From Lytechinus pictus (taxonomy: Eukaryota): DNA of 64,000 nucleotides. Shown here piece after piece: positions 48,960 to 61,900 of this stretch. The position numbers and the translations under genes were made by a program. Position 1 is the first letter of the stretch, and every line of letters begins with the position of its first letter. The stretch is taken from NCBI RefSeq assembly GCF_037042905.1, contig NC_087252.1, forward strand, positions 5,086,001 to 5,150,000, read 5' to 3'. Below the pieces are notes generated by a model that ran no database searches, was not told the DNA's origin, and worked only from the letters and a program-made list of their open reading frames with translations.

Positions 48960-49830
48960 TCTGTAGTGAATTGGTAAGGGATCTTGGGGTTACAATTGAC
49001 AAGAACCTTACATTTCAATAGCATGTTAAGAATATTTGTAAGTCTGCCTTTTTTTAAGATTGGAAAAATGAGGAGGCTACTCGACTAACCCACAGCTGAT
49101 AACCTTAACCATGCTTTTGTATTTATTTTCCCCACCTTGATTACTACACCTCTGCTCTTTCTGGAATCCCACTCTGACATTGACACCCACTCCAAAGTAT
49201 TCAAAATACTGCTGCAAGGCTTGTTACTCTTTCAAGAAAATCTGAACATGTTACACCTCTTCTGAAATCACTTCATTGGCCTCAAATACGCCAGCGCATC
49301 ATTTTCAAAGTTCTCCTAATGACGTATATACACACTGTAAAAACTCCGGTGTTGATTTAACACCAGCTCGGAATCTATATATGTCCACACCAGAGAAGTG
49401 TTAAACAACACCAGTTTCGCTTTGGTCTAACACGAGAAATGTGTTTATATAACACCAATTAGTATTAAAACAGCATCGGTTTGATTCCAAACTGGTGTTG
49501 TTTCAATACTTCTCCGGTGTGGACATGATTCTAGGCTGGTGTTAAATCAACACCGGAGTTTTTGCAGTGTATAAAACATTCAATGGCCTCGCTCCTGAAT
49601 ATCTCTCTAACTTCATCTCTCTACGCTCTTCTAGCTCATTCAGACCACTTCGTTCTTCAACAATCTTGCAGCTAACCTTAGGACCACGTACAAAAATAGT
49701 TATGGAGATCGAGCATTCTCTGTTTATGCTCGAATCCAGTGGGATAAATTACCAACTTACATCAATATTGCCCACTCCCTTGATCAATTTAAGACCTTGC
49801 TAAGGACCCATCTTTTTAATGTTTAGATAT
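48960..49830 (+). mobile_element. Decayed L2/CR1-group LINE 3' fragment
   Basis: Broken frames encode VRDLGVTIDKNLTF, LQSIQNTAARLV, HVTPLLKSLHW, YKTFNGLAPEYLS, YGDRAFS and FKTLLRTHLF; interrupted by a MITE. Confidence 0.85.
49333..49569. mobile_element. CACTA/EnSpm-like MITE (intact short copy)
   Basis: cactgtaaaaactccggtgttgatttaacaccagc / gctggtgttaaatcaacaccggagtttttgcagtg. Confidence 0.85.
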
Positions 49831-50132
49831 CAGTTGTGGGTTGGTCTATACACACTGTAAAAAAATTATTTGAATTAGTAATTAACATTTAATGTATATA
49901 AGTAGAATTTTTTTTTTTTCAATTATTTCTATTTTTTTCAGTAGATTTTTTTTTTGCTTGTCAAATTCATATTTGGTCGAAATGACCTTACATTTGGGGT
50001 GAAAACCTTTCTTTTTTTTTTGCTTGTCAGATTTTCAAGCCCTTGGTCCCCTACCTTTGGGGAGAGATTTCCGCCCTTGCTGCTAGACAAAAAGTGCTGA
50101 TGAAACGTTCCCCTTCTGGCGTCGCAGTTTTA

Positions 50133-50826
50133 GGCCCCCTCACACCTAACCGAATTACCTGAAATATGCCTTGCAATGGCTGGCGAAAGGCGTTTAAAAA
50201 AAAAAAATCGTTTTCAATGGTAACTGATAGTAAATCATATTAACCCTTCGTGTTTGGGTTCGTACATCTGATCTAACAGCTGCGATTATTCAAACTCGTG
50301 CGGAAATTTTGAACATGTTTAAGCAGATGACCAAAATCGTTGGTCATCTGTTTGAATTCGCATCTCTAATTTAGTCTGCGGTAATTGTTCGTTTATCGTT
50401 CGTGTGTTTTTTGTCGCGCATAGTCCCACTTCGCGCTTTTGCCAAAGTGGACCGATCTCGAAAGAACCCGTAACGAAGCAACACGATGACACAACAAACA
50501 AGATTGCCTGGCTATTCCCTCGTCTTCGTTTCTAATCGCACGCCATATCAAAGCATTGCTAACTGTTCCTTCGTCTTATTGTGTTATATCAACCCTTCGC
50601 TCGCCTTCGGCCGCAATTTTCTCAAAGAGGTAAACCGAAAAATCTATATCCTTTGCATGACATATTTATCATTCGCTTACCGCTCGTTGATAAAATTTGA
50701 CAATAGTTACTGATCGCATGATTTGCCGGAAATTTTATTTGAATTCGTTGAATTCGCGTGCATTTCGTTCATCTTTCCCTTTCGTCACCCTTCGTCCGCC
50801 TACATTCGGTCAGGTGTGAGGGGGCT
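50133..50826. mobile_element. Harbinger-like MITE
   Basis: TIRs ggccccctcacacct.accgaat / attcggtcaggtgtgagggggct, flanked by TTA-like trinucleotides. Confidence 0.8.
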
Positions 50827-51142
50827 TTTACGCGCTTGGGGAATATTATATGATGCACCCAAAATGCAGTGTTGCATGTTGCACCCCCCAAAAATGCAAA
50901 GATGGAAGGCTGGAAGGTTGCGCAGAATTATAGCTTGAACACGTGACGTGACTTGCAAAAGCACTCACTATTTGTTATATGTCTGATTTTCTGATTCAAT
51001 TTGTACATCTTTGAGCACTAGCAAATAAGGGCACCATCCCCCATAGGTAGCTAGTCGATCAGTGAGTGATGATAAATAGAATGTACTTTACATGTCTACA
51101 AAACAAATTTTATGTTTTCTACGTTCAATAAAGAACACTGGG

Positions 51143-51373
51143 AGTGTAAACAGTCTAAAAAAGATTATGTTCATGCCTGTATAAGGCCAGTACACACCCG
51201 CACACACACACAGAAATCACTAAAATTTACAACATTTGTTAATATTCAGACAGAGATAAGTGTAAACAGTCTAAAAAAGATTATGTTCATGCCTGTATAA
51301 GGCCAGTACACACACGCACACACACACACAAATCACTAAAATTTACAACATTTGTTAATATTCAGACAGAGAT
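51143..51373. repeat. Two-copy tandem duplication (~115 bp)
   Basis: agtgtaaacagtctaaaaaagattatgttcatgcctgtataaggccagtacacac...attcagacagaga occurs twice. Confidence 0.9.
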
Positions 51374-52426
51374 ATAAGAAATGTATGAGTAAATTTAAGT
51401 GCAAAAACTATATTCACATACGTAGTACCATGACACCTATTAAAAACAATTATATTCACACAATATTCTCTTTTTAAAATCACTAAAAACATGTAAGCAT
51501 TTTTATTTTTAGATATTCAGCCAATGATACAAGATAATCACCAATACTATGACGCCTCAGGTTATATGTATGAATTATGATTGCTAATGCACAAGATAAG
51601 AAAATTCAGGCCTAAGTAGTAAAAAGCAATTATATTCATACGATATTCACCAGACCCTCATGTCTAACGTTAAGTAATTGTTATTATATCCATGCACAAG
51701 AGAAGAGAAATCACGCCTACGATGTAAAACAAGATATTTCATACAAGATTTTCTTTTTTGATTTACTAAAATGTAATTCTCTGAATACTAGTATTCAGTC
51801 AATGATATACAACATTCACCAGTACTATAGTATCTAACGTTTAGTTAAAGTGATGATTTTCATTTACAAAAGAAGAAAATTCGCGTCTACTAAGTAAAAA
51901 CGATGATATCCACACAAGAGTTTTTAAATTAATAAAATGTACAAGTAGTTTCTCTGGATATTCAGCCACTGTAATAAACCTTCATCAGAACTTGAGATTA
52001 AGGATAAGAGATAATTTTCATATTTATACAAGAAAATTTTTATCGAATTCTTTTTCAGTTTTTGCATCCAGATTAATCATTTTCTTATTGTTTGCACATC
52101 TTCTTTTGGTCTTGGTATTGTCAGAATTAAAACATTTATCGTTAAATCGATATTCTACGTTCTACGTTCTACGATGTTCTAAGTTCTCTGTCTGTATTTT
52201 AGTGAATTCATTTTCAATTTCTAAATCCAGATAGTTCATTGTCTTTTTGAGATGTTATTGTACGTATCTTTCATTAGTCGATAATCTTTCATTAATCGAT
52301 AATCGATATCGTTCTACGTCCTCTTAATTTTGCGTCAGAACACATTTTTTTTGGGAGGACACTATGTCAACTTAGTTACAATTACATTTGCATCTTACCA
52401 TTTTTATCAGTATGAACATCGTACTG

Positions 52427-53744
52427 CAGTGGCGTAACTACGGGGGGAAGGGGGGGGGGCACCCCCAATCGACTGGGGGAAGAAGAAATTATTGCTAATT
52501 ATGATGTTATATTATATTATGATTATGTTATGTTATCTTACATTTAAAAAAAAATCATAACTTTATGAATCATAATTTGCGCAGGGCCAAGGCTATGTCT
52601 TCATTGTACCTGGTGCTCGCATTGTCTGTTTAACAAGATATATAATCCTGTTGTACTAAAACCTCCCGTTTTCAATTCAACAAACACAAAATATATTTCC
52701 TCGCACTTCAAATTATTATTGTTTTATGTAGTGACATATGCTTCTTTTTCATGACTACTTAAAGTGAATGCCCAATTTTCAGGTCTTAATATAAACCATT
52801 TCCTGTCCGTGCTTACGTTTGCATTCGTGGATTGGTGAGATATGTCTGTTCTTTATGAATTCCTAAAATCAGACCTTAAAATGTCCCTTTTTCGTATCTG
52901 AATATCAAAAAATTAAACTTGCGCTTCGCGCTCGCATCATTTGGTTAGTGAAATACGCATGGTCTTCGTGAATTCCTACAAGCAGGCCTTAAACTGCCTC
53001 TCTTCAGGTCTGAATTTCCTAAATTTTCAGCTCGCGCTTTGCGCTCGCAATATTTGACTAGTGAGATGCGTATGAGTGTTTACAATGACTACAAAAAGTG
53101 CTTCATGTGTTTAAATGTAATTCTAATGAAATCAGCATGCGCTTGGCACTCGCATTGGATGACTATGGTGAGATATGTATATTCTTAACGACTTCCAAAT
53201 TAAAATATAGTCTCTAAAATGTCCCTGTTTGGGGCCAATATATAGTCCTTATATCCCTCTTTGGGGTCAATATAAACAGAAATTTCAGCTCGCGCTTCAT
53301 GTGTTTAGATGTATATTATTCTAATAAAATCAGCAAGCGCTTATTGGCACTTGCATTAGATGAGTATGGTGTGATGTGTATACTCTTAATGGATTCCTAA
53401 TCAAAATATAGTCCTTAAAATGTCCCTGTTTGGGGCCAATATATACAAAAATTTCAGCTCGCGCTTTTCGCTCGCATGTTTTGCGAGACAGGTATGTATT
53501 GTGATTACAAAAATTTGTTTATAATGTCTTTTTAGGTCTGAATTAAAAAAAAAAAAAAAAAAAAAACAGCTCGCGCTTCGCGCTCGCATTATGTGATCAG
53601 TGAGATATATATCCGTTTAATGGCACTGTCCTTAAAATGTCTCTATTATGTCAGTATATCTGGCAACTGAGAGAGCTTCGCGCGCTTTCTAATTGACTCA
53701 AAATTTGTGCTGGTGCCCCCAATGCTGTGATCCACGGTACGCCG
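52427..53744. mobile_element. hAT-like non-autonomous element with internal GCTCGCGCTTCGCGCTCGC repeats
   Basis: 8-bp TSD tcgtactg (52419-52426 and 53745-53752); left end cagtggcgtaactacgg, right end slightly eroded. Confidence 0.75.
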
Positions 53745-54635
53745 TCGTACTGTATCCTTCACCCAAAAAGGCAAGGTACTAATTCTCAAGCACTGTAGCG
53801 CTCTCTACTGATAACCCGAAACAAACTCCCGTTGTTACTTCTTTATAAAAGACGTACTCTTTTTGCTATAGGTCATCTTCAATCATTAAAAATCATTTAA
53901 TCAATGATATTGTTTTTAAAGGAGGAATTATTTGTCCCTTTCTCGGTGAGATCCTTTGCAGTTTCATTTTCAACATTTGGATTAAATAAGAGTGGAGGGA
54001 TGATTCTTCTTTGGTTAATCAATGTTGTATGTTATTTTATTAGTTACGCAGTTACCAAGCTTGTTCTTGGAGGCAAGTTCATTAAAATTGCTTTTATTAA
54101 ATTCGTTTTCAGTTACTGAGTCCAGTTGATAATTAAAATTCTTACTCAGGTTTGTATATTTTTATTTTTAGTCGTGGTATTGTCAGAATTAAAACATTGT
54201 TAAATCGATTTCATTGAATTGCATTTCAGTTTCTGAATCCACATAATTTAAATCCTTACTGAGATTTGCGTGTCTTTGTGCAGTTCTTGGTATTGTCAGA
54301 ATTAAAACGATAACTTTCTACGTTATCTGTCTGCATTTCATTGAATTCATTTTCAGTGTTTGAATCAGCTCCGCAGTTATCTGCAAACTTTGAATTGTGA
54401 CTATTATTCATGATTGTTCTTGAAGGTATAGAGAAGTGGTTTTCCGTTGCCTTCTTCACCGAAATATTATGACCATCAATGGGATCACCATACCGCCCAT
54501 CATTAAAATCGAGATATATCGTTGTCTGAGGATTAAATCTTCCGCCAATACCCTCGCACTGCACCACTCTGCATTTTTTTTCTCGGGTCACTACACAAGT
54601 CATGTCCTGTAGAGGGTACCAGATATGACTTTGAT

Positions 54636-57010
54636 TCAGAAGACTCCAGATCTATGGCAGTGCACGGCTCTGGTAGCAGAGGACAGACCAAAAGGTGTTG
54701 TATCGTCTGATCCTCCCCACACTCGCAGGCAGTGTCTCCATATATGTTGTAGCCCCATTTCTACATAAGGACTTTGCACCGTCCCGTTCCAGGCGATTGA
54801 GAAATAGCAGCGTTGGCCATTCCTCACTTGAACCTGGAGGGAGTGATTCACTAGGTCCATATGAAAACTTCTGCGTCACAGCCTGGAGGTAGTCGGACCA
54901 TAATGTTGACCCTTTGATTGTGAGCAGAGCCATCGAGGGTTCAGGCGAGTGAAGGAAGCTACGTCTTGACTTGAGTCTATTTTTGGCGGGTTCAGAGGGT
55001 GGATGAAGAGGGTTATCTTCTTGCTTGTTTTTTTCCTCCTGTGCTGACACCTCACTTCTGATGTGTGGAGGAGCAATGCCACACAGTAGGTAAAGATCAT
55101 CTACTTTTGTTGGTCGCAGGCAGCCAATAATTGCTCTCCAGGCAGCATTCAAGGCTGGATCAATCTTTGCAGCATGGGATGACCTACACCAGACAGAAGC
55201 TGCATACTCGGAAGCTGAGTAGTATAGAGCAAGAGCTGTCGTACGGATGGTTTTGGAATCTGTTCCCCATTTCGTATTGGCAAGCTTCTTCAGAATGTTG
55301 TTCCTTGCTCCAAATTTGGCTTTGTCTTGGCAACATGTTCTTTGTTATAAGGGAGCTGTCGAGGGTGACGCCGAGGAAGATAATCTTGCTGTTGCGTACC
55401 AACCATTTTCCAAACCATCTGACCCTCAGTTTCCCGTCTGCAGGAGAATGTCATTCTGCTCATTCCTGTTCCAAAGGTTTCATTCAATGAAACCTTTGAA
55501 ACAGATGGGCTTGTGCGGAAGCAGAAGAATCAAAGAATAAAATCAAAGAAAGTTTGAGAAAAATTTGACAAATAATGAAGAAGTTATGAGCATTTAAAAA
55601 TTGCGATCACTAATCGTATGGAGATCCCCCCCATTGGCAATGCGAGAAATATGTGTGATGTCACATGTTTGAATAACTTTCCTTTTCATCATTTTCATGG
55701 ATTATAAAATACCCCCGAAATATCTGTTTTCGATCTTTCTTATGGTGATACAACTCTTTATCCATAAAATTGTATATTTGTTGAAAAATCTGTATTACAT
55801 GCCCTATAGGAAGAATAAATGATCTACTGACATATAACAGAGGCAGTTAAAGTGAAATATATACAAATGTAATAACAAAGTTGTTCATACGTGACATCAC
55901 ACATCTTTGTCGCATAGCCAATGGGATGATATACATAACAAAGATGATCTAGACTTCAAATGCCCATAACTTTCTTATTATTTATTCAGCATCCTCCAAA
56001 CTTTCGTTGATCTGTTTCTTTTATTTATCAGTTTTCATGCAAGCAATCTTGTTCCAAAGTTTTCATTTTCCTTTAAGGTTGAAAACAGTGAGTTGGGTTT
56101 TCTCTGGATTTTCCAGGAAATGATTTGCAGCACAGCTAGGAGTAGGCCTGCCAGTTCTTTTTCCTCTACTTCAATTGACTGCTTCTGCGAAGCAAGGAAA
56201 AGGTCATCAACGTAAAGGTAGCTCTTAGCACTTGGGTGGATTGGTTGGTCATTCAAGAGGAGTGGAGCGAGGACGCTTCCTTGTGGGATTTCGTTTTTCT
56301 GCCTCCGTCATCTGCTCCTGGAACCACCATTTTTGCAAGATTCACAAGAAAAACGTCGATAAGAGAGCATGTTCTGGATCTACTGTGTCAGCATAAGGTC
56401 CTTCGTCACCTCGAAGATTTTCCTCGTGACTATCCGATGATTTACCGTGTCATAAGCTGCAGAGAGGTCAACAAAGGCTGCTCCAGTTATCAGCCCTTTC
56501 TGAAAGCCATCCTTGATGCACTGTGTCAGATTCAGCTTTGCTTGTTCTGGAATAAGAAGCTCATCCACAAAGGGAGTAATACGATTGAGTAGGACCCTTT
56601 CAACAAAGAGCTTGTGTTTTTGACAGAGCAGATAGATGGGTTTGTAGCTCTCTGGGCTGGCTGAGTCTTTGGCTTTTTTTTTTTTTTTTTAGTAAAGTGA
56701 CTACCCTTGATTTCCTCCATATTTATGGCATTGTCTTTTCAGTCAGACAGTAGTTTAGCATGTCAAACAGCCATTTGAGCGCAAAAAGTCCAAAATGTTA
56801 TATCTGCTCACAGAGGATAGCATCTAATCCAGCAGCCATGTTTTTCATTGCTGTGATGGCGGTATCACTGCTGCCTAATGCAGGTGCGGGGCAACTGGCT
56901 TATTCAAAAGGCGGCCAGAACTCGCCTTTACCACAAGTCGTCTTTGGGGATATGCCATTTTGAATGACACTGCCAATGCCACCTGCTGGCGTTTGCCCCC
57001 CTGTCGTCCC
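54636..57010 (-). mobile_element. Decayed non-LTR retrotransposon (Vingi/Ingi-like RT and C-terminus)
   Basis: Frameshifted fragments GAAFVDLSAAYDTVNHR, NDQP..YLYVDDL, FLGVTLD, AIIGCLRPT..LYLLCGIAPPHIR, LPPG..W..LNRL. The clade assignment is from recalled motifs, not a search. Confidence 0.8.
55473..56075. mobile_element. Kolobok-like MITE inserted in the LINE
   Basis: Same internal motifs as 58220-58803 (gaagttatgagcatt, cccattggcaatgcga); right end ttcattttcctTTAA. Confidence 0.75.
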
Positions 57011-57076
57011 ACATTGTTAAAAAAAAACCAACTGATTTTACAGAAAAAAGGGAAAGAAAGAAGATTTTGCAAAAAG

Positions 57077-57911
57077 CAATAATAATAATAATAATAATGG
57101 GTATTTAGAGGCGCTAAAACAAAATGTAGGAATAACAATAATTTAACATTTGCAATAATTACTACAATATACAAGATAAAAAGGGAAATTAATTGAGGAA
57201 AAAGGTATGTCTTAAGGGAAGATTTGAAGCCGAGAACACTGGAAGCATTTCTTATTGAAAGAGGGATAGCATTCCAAGTCTTGGCAGCTGCTACAGCAAA
57301 CCGTTTTTCGGCAGAGGAGAGTTTTGACAAGGGAATGCAAAGTCTGCATGTGTCAGTGATTGAACGAAGATTACGAGAGGGTGTGTCTAATTTTGATGGT
57401 ATTATTAAGATATTCAGGTGCTAATTGATTTAGAATTTTGTATACATATAAACAGACTTTAAACTGAATACGTTGGAATAGAGGTAGCCAATGGAGTATG
57501 AGTTCGGGATCCAAAGCCAAAAATTAATCGAGCGGCACGATTCTGAATAAACTCAAGTTTTCTTCTATCTCTAGCTGACAAAACAGTATATAAACTATTA
57601 CAGTAATCTAACCGAGTAAGAATAAGTGCTCGCACAGCATGGTGACATGTCTTAACATCAATGAATCTACGAATCCTCCACAAATTGCTGAGATGATAAT
57701 TACAATTACGGACAACCTGATTTACTTGAGCAGACAGTGTGAACATGTTATCAATGCATACTCCAAGAACAGTAGTTTTAGTGGAGATGGGGATGCATTG
57801 ACCATTAACATTAAGCTGAATATGTGATATTGATTGCAGATGGCGGGCAGAAGAACAGAGAGCTATGAACTCAGTTTTGCTATTATTCAGCTGGAGATAA
57901 TTAGATGACAT
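57077..57911 (-). mobile_element. 5'-truncated L2/Crack-like LINE with (TTA)n tail
   Basis: MSSNYLQLNNSKTEFI..VLGVCIDNMFT..ALILTRLDYCNS..IQNRAARLI; RFAVAAAKTWNAIP..FKSSLKTYLF; (aat)n at 57077-57098 on the plus strand. Confidence 0.88.
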
Positions 57912-58219
57912 CCACCTACTTATTTCTGAAATACAAAGAGAGGTTTTCTCAAGTGTTTCATTTATATTATCAAAAGAGCGCGGATAAAAGGAACAATATA
58001 CAGTTGTATATCATCTGCATAACAAATATACTGCAGAATCTACGAATCCTCCAATCAATAACAAAATCCAATAACAAAATCACTCTGTAAATTAATAAAA
58101 CAGGATTTTTTTTCTGCAATTTAACAGAACATGTCTCTATTGAAAAGGGGAAACGGGTGTTTTATTAAAGGGAATTTGTAAGGTTCCGTACACGAAATAC
58201 CAATTTCCTATAAGATTAA

Positions 58220-58803
58220 AGGAGAATGAAACTCTTGAAGCAAGTTAGCTTTTGTGAAAGCAGAAAAATCAAAGAATAAGATCAACAAAAGTTTGAGTAA
58301 AATAGGACTAGCAATAGAAGAGTTATGAGCATTTGAATGACGAGATCACTAATGCCATGGAGATCCTCCAATTGGCAATGCGACCAAGATCTATGATATC
58401 ACAGATGAACAACTCTCCCTTTTTGGACACTGAAAATATACCCCAAAACATCTCTTTTTGCTCATTCTAATCATATGACAAACGATTCATCAATTATATA
58501 ATGTTGTGAAACCTCTGTACTTGTCCTCTCATAAAGAGAACACCTCACCTTGTGATAGACTCTATAAAAGTGAGAATATAGGTGAAATAAGTACTAAAGT
58601 AATGAGGGAGTTGTACGTGTGTGACATCACAGATCTTGGTCGAATTGCCAATGGGAGGAACTACATGGCATTAGTGATCTCAATATTCAAATGCTCATAA
58701 CTTTCTTATTATTCATTCAATCTTCCTCAAACTTTCAACAATATGTTTCTTTGATTTTTCTCTTTGATATGGATTCAGCTGGTTTCAAGGGTTTCATTCT
58801 CCT
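58220..58803. mobile_element. Kolobok-like non-autonomous DNA transposon (intact)
   Basis: TTAA|aggagaatgaaac ... gtttcattctcct|TTAA, with long imperfect internal inverted symmetry. Confidence 0.88.
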
Positions 58804-58848
58804 TTAAGCAATCTGGCAAGATTGTAGGTGTTCTCGAGACGAGGACAT

Positions 58849-58909
58849 CCCGATAGACCGCGGGTCCGATAGTCCGCGGGTCCGATAGACCGCGGGTCCG
58901 ATAGTCCGC
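58849..58909. repeat. 16-bp tandem repeat, ~4 copies (ccgatag[a/t]ccgcgggt)
   Basis: Directly visible; no spacers between units. Confidence 0.9.
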
Positions 58910-58965
58910 AGTGTGTGTCATCGAGAGGTCCAAAGGTCAAATGATACGAAGCCATGGGGTTCTAT

Positions 58966-61900
58966 CAGGTGCGGATCCATAGGGGGCCGAGGGGGAACTG
59001 CCCCACCCCCCACCCCCAGCTCAAAAAAAGAGGGGGAAGAGGGGAAAAGGGAGATAATAAAAAAAAGGAAGATGGGAAAAGAAGAGAATAGAAAAGAGAG
59101 TAAGAAGGAGAAAGGAAGAGAAGAAAAAAAGATAAGAAAAAGGGGAAAGGAAAGACAAAGAAAAAAATGGAGAAGAAAAGGAGAAAAAAGAGTAAAAAAA
59201 GAGGAGGGAAAATGAAAAGAAGAAAAGAAAGGAGAAAGGAAAAGGAGGAAAAAGAAGAAAAAAAAGAGGAAGGAAGAGAAGAATATTTAAATAGAGAGGA
59301 AGATGGGAATAAAGATAAGAAAAGAGAGAGAGAGAGGAAGAGGGGAAAAGTAGAGAAGAAAGAGAGAGAGAGGGAGGAAGGGGAGGGAGAGAAGAAAAAA
59401 AGATTAAAAGAGAAAAAAGAGGGAAAGGAAAGAAAAAGAAAAAGGGAGAAGTAAAGGGGGAAAGAGAAAAAAGTGGAAGAGGGAAAAGAAAGAAAAGAAC
59501 AGAATAAGGAAAAGGGGGAAAAGAAGAAGAAAAAAAGAGGAAGAGAATAATATTTAAAGAGAGAGGAAGATGGGAAGAAAGATAAGAAGAGAGAGAGAGA
59601 GAAGAAGAGAGGAAAAGAGAAGAAAAAAGAGAGAGTAAGAGAAGAAAAGGGGGAAAGAAAATATGGAGGGAAAGAGAAGAAAAGGGGGAAAAGAAGAGGG
59701 GGAAAGAAAGAGAAAGGAAGGAAGGGGAATGAGGATAAGAGAAAGAAAAAAGAAAGAAAAGGAGATGGGAAACGGAAGAGGGAGATGTTGACCTGGACGT
59801 CGATTTGATGGCGCCAAAATGACGTTCGAACTATGGGGCGCTGAATTGATGTTCGATCTAGCGGGGCACCAAATTGATGTTCGAACTTGGGGAGCGCTAA
59901 TTTGAATTTTGACCATAATGCGTCAAATACATGTTTCAGAGAGGGGGAGGGAGGACAAAGTTATATTTCACATGGAGGCGCCAAGTTTATGTTCAACCGA
60001 GGGCGCCAAATTGACCTTGAACTTTAATAGGGGGCTTCATGCAAATTCATTTTCGACCGGGGGTGCAACATTGCTCGTATTGCCTGTTTATAGTGAAATA
60101 TATGTCCTGCCCAAAAAAATTAAATTAATGCGGCTGAATTAAAATATCCCGTTCTTACGATAACATAAAAAACAATGTTTTCGAGTTTTAAGTCTGTTTA
60201 GCGAGAAAGATACACTGTTCAGGGTCACAAAAAAGGGTTATTATCAAATTCAGCTCGCGCTACACGCTCGCAATATTTGATCAACGAGGTATTCATCCTC
60301 TGCTTCAATCCCACATGTAAGTGTTAGTGTTTTTCAAGTCAACATACATAGGCCGATCTAGGGGGCAAAGATTTTGCCCCCCCCATGGTGGCGCAAAAAA
60401 GGGGTAAGAAACAGAAAAAAGGAAGAGAAAAAGGACAAGCAATTAGAATAGGAATTATACCTTAGTCCTTCTTAAGTCAGTATATAAAAAATTGAGCTCG
60501 CGCTTCGCGCTGGCATCAATACATTGTTTAGTTATATACGCATCCCGACCTTACAGTTTTTTATGCGAACGAGAAGCACAAGCTGAAAATATTTGATATT
60601 CTAACCTGACAACTGAAAATGTATTTTTCATTTCATCATTATAAAAGTTTTCAGCTAGCGCTTCGCGGTCGCATTCATTTCTTAATAGATATGCATCTTG
60701 TTCATCATAACAACTACTAACATAGGCGGATTAAGGCGGCCCGAGGGCAACCTCCCCCTATTGACAGAGCAAATAAATTGTGAAAAACGGGGAAAGAAAA
60801 AAAGGGGGAAAGAAAGGAGAAAAAAGAAGACAAAACATAAAAGGAGGAAGACGAGTGAATAAAATAAGGTCAGGAGAAGACTTGGAAAACAATTTAAAAA
60901 AATATTTAATGTCACTATATTAAAGTTTCGCTCGCGCATCGCGCTCGCATTGCCTGTTCAATGAGATACATATCTTGCTCAATAGGCTGATATGTAGTTT
61001 AAAATATCAAGTTTTGATATCAATATACAAAAAAAAAATCAGCTCGGACATTGACCTTTCATTATTTTGTTTTATTTACCAATTTATGTTTTTAAGTGTT
61101 CTGGAAAATGTCCGTTTTATGGTTTGAATCAACATTTGCAACAATTTGTGCGCTCGCACTATTTGCCAAGTAGGCCTACCTATTGTCTTTTTTTATTTCA
61201 TATAAGATTCTCTAAATATACCTTTTTCAAGTGTCTCGATTGTAAAAAAAATAATAAAGGCCTATGAGCTAGCGCTGCGCGCTCGCATTTTGATTGGTGA
61301 GTTATGTATACCTATATATTAATTCTATAACAAACTACTTAAATCCCCCCATTAAAAAATTCCGGATCGCAATTTGCGCTCGCATTATTTGCTAAAAATA
61401 TATCAACCAATGAATCCTATTTATGATTACAAAAATACTTAAAATATCCAGTTTTCAGGCCTCATGCACTGTCAACAAATTTCACACACTCATTAGGCTT
61501 AACAGATTAATAAATATGAAATAAGATTTGTATGAATTCATAATAACTAAATTGTCCCTTTTTCAGAAATAAATATCAACAAGTTTTAGGAAAAAAATAG
61601 AAGATAGTCATCATTCTTATATGATGACAAAATGTCCTTAGGCCTAAAATGTCTCGATCCTAGGTCAAATAAATAATAAAATATCAGCTCCCGCTTCGCG
61701 CTCGCATTATCTATATAGTGCTATCAAATTTCCCAATATACACAATGCTGTAAACAGTGCTTAAATTGACCCTTTTCATATCGGAATTTCAAATATTATT
61801 TTCAGCTCGGGCTCTGCGCTCGCATTATTGATTTTTATGATGAAGAATGAAATGTATTCAGATTGCCAGGATTCTGTCTAACTCTAAAACACGTGCACGC

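Noticed and set aside
58849..58909. Short regular repeat resembling CRISPR direct repeats
   Set aside because: The units are contiguous 16-mers without spacers.
58913..59916. Lys/Glu/Arg-rich and Phe/Leu/Ser-rich ORFs
   Set aside because: Translations of the polypurine tract. The same applies to the poly-K/poly-F ORFs at 5627-5869 and 37013-37265.
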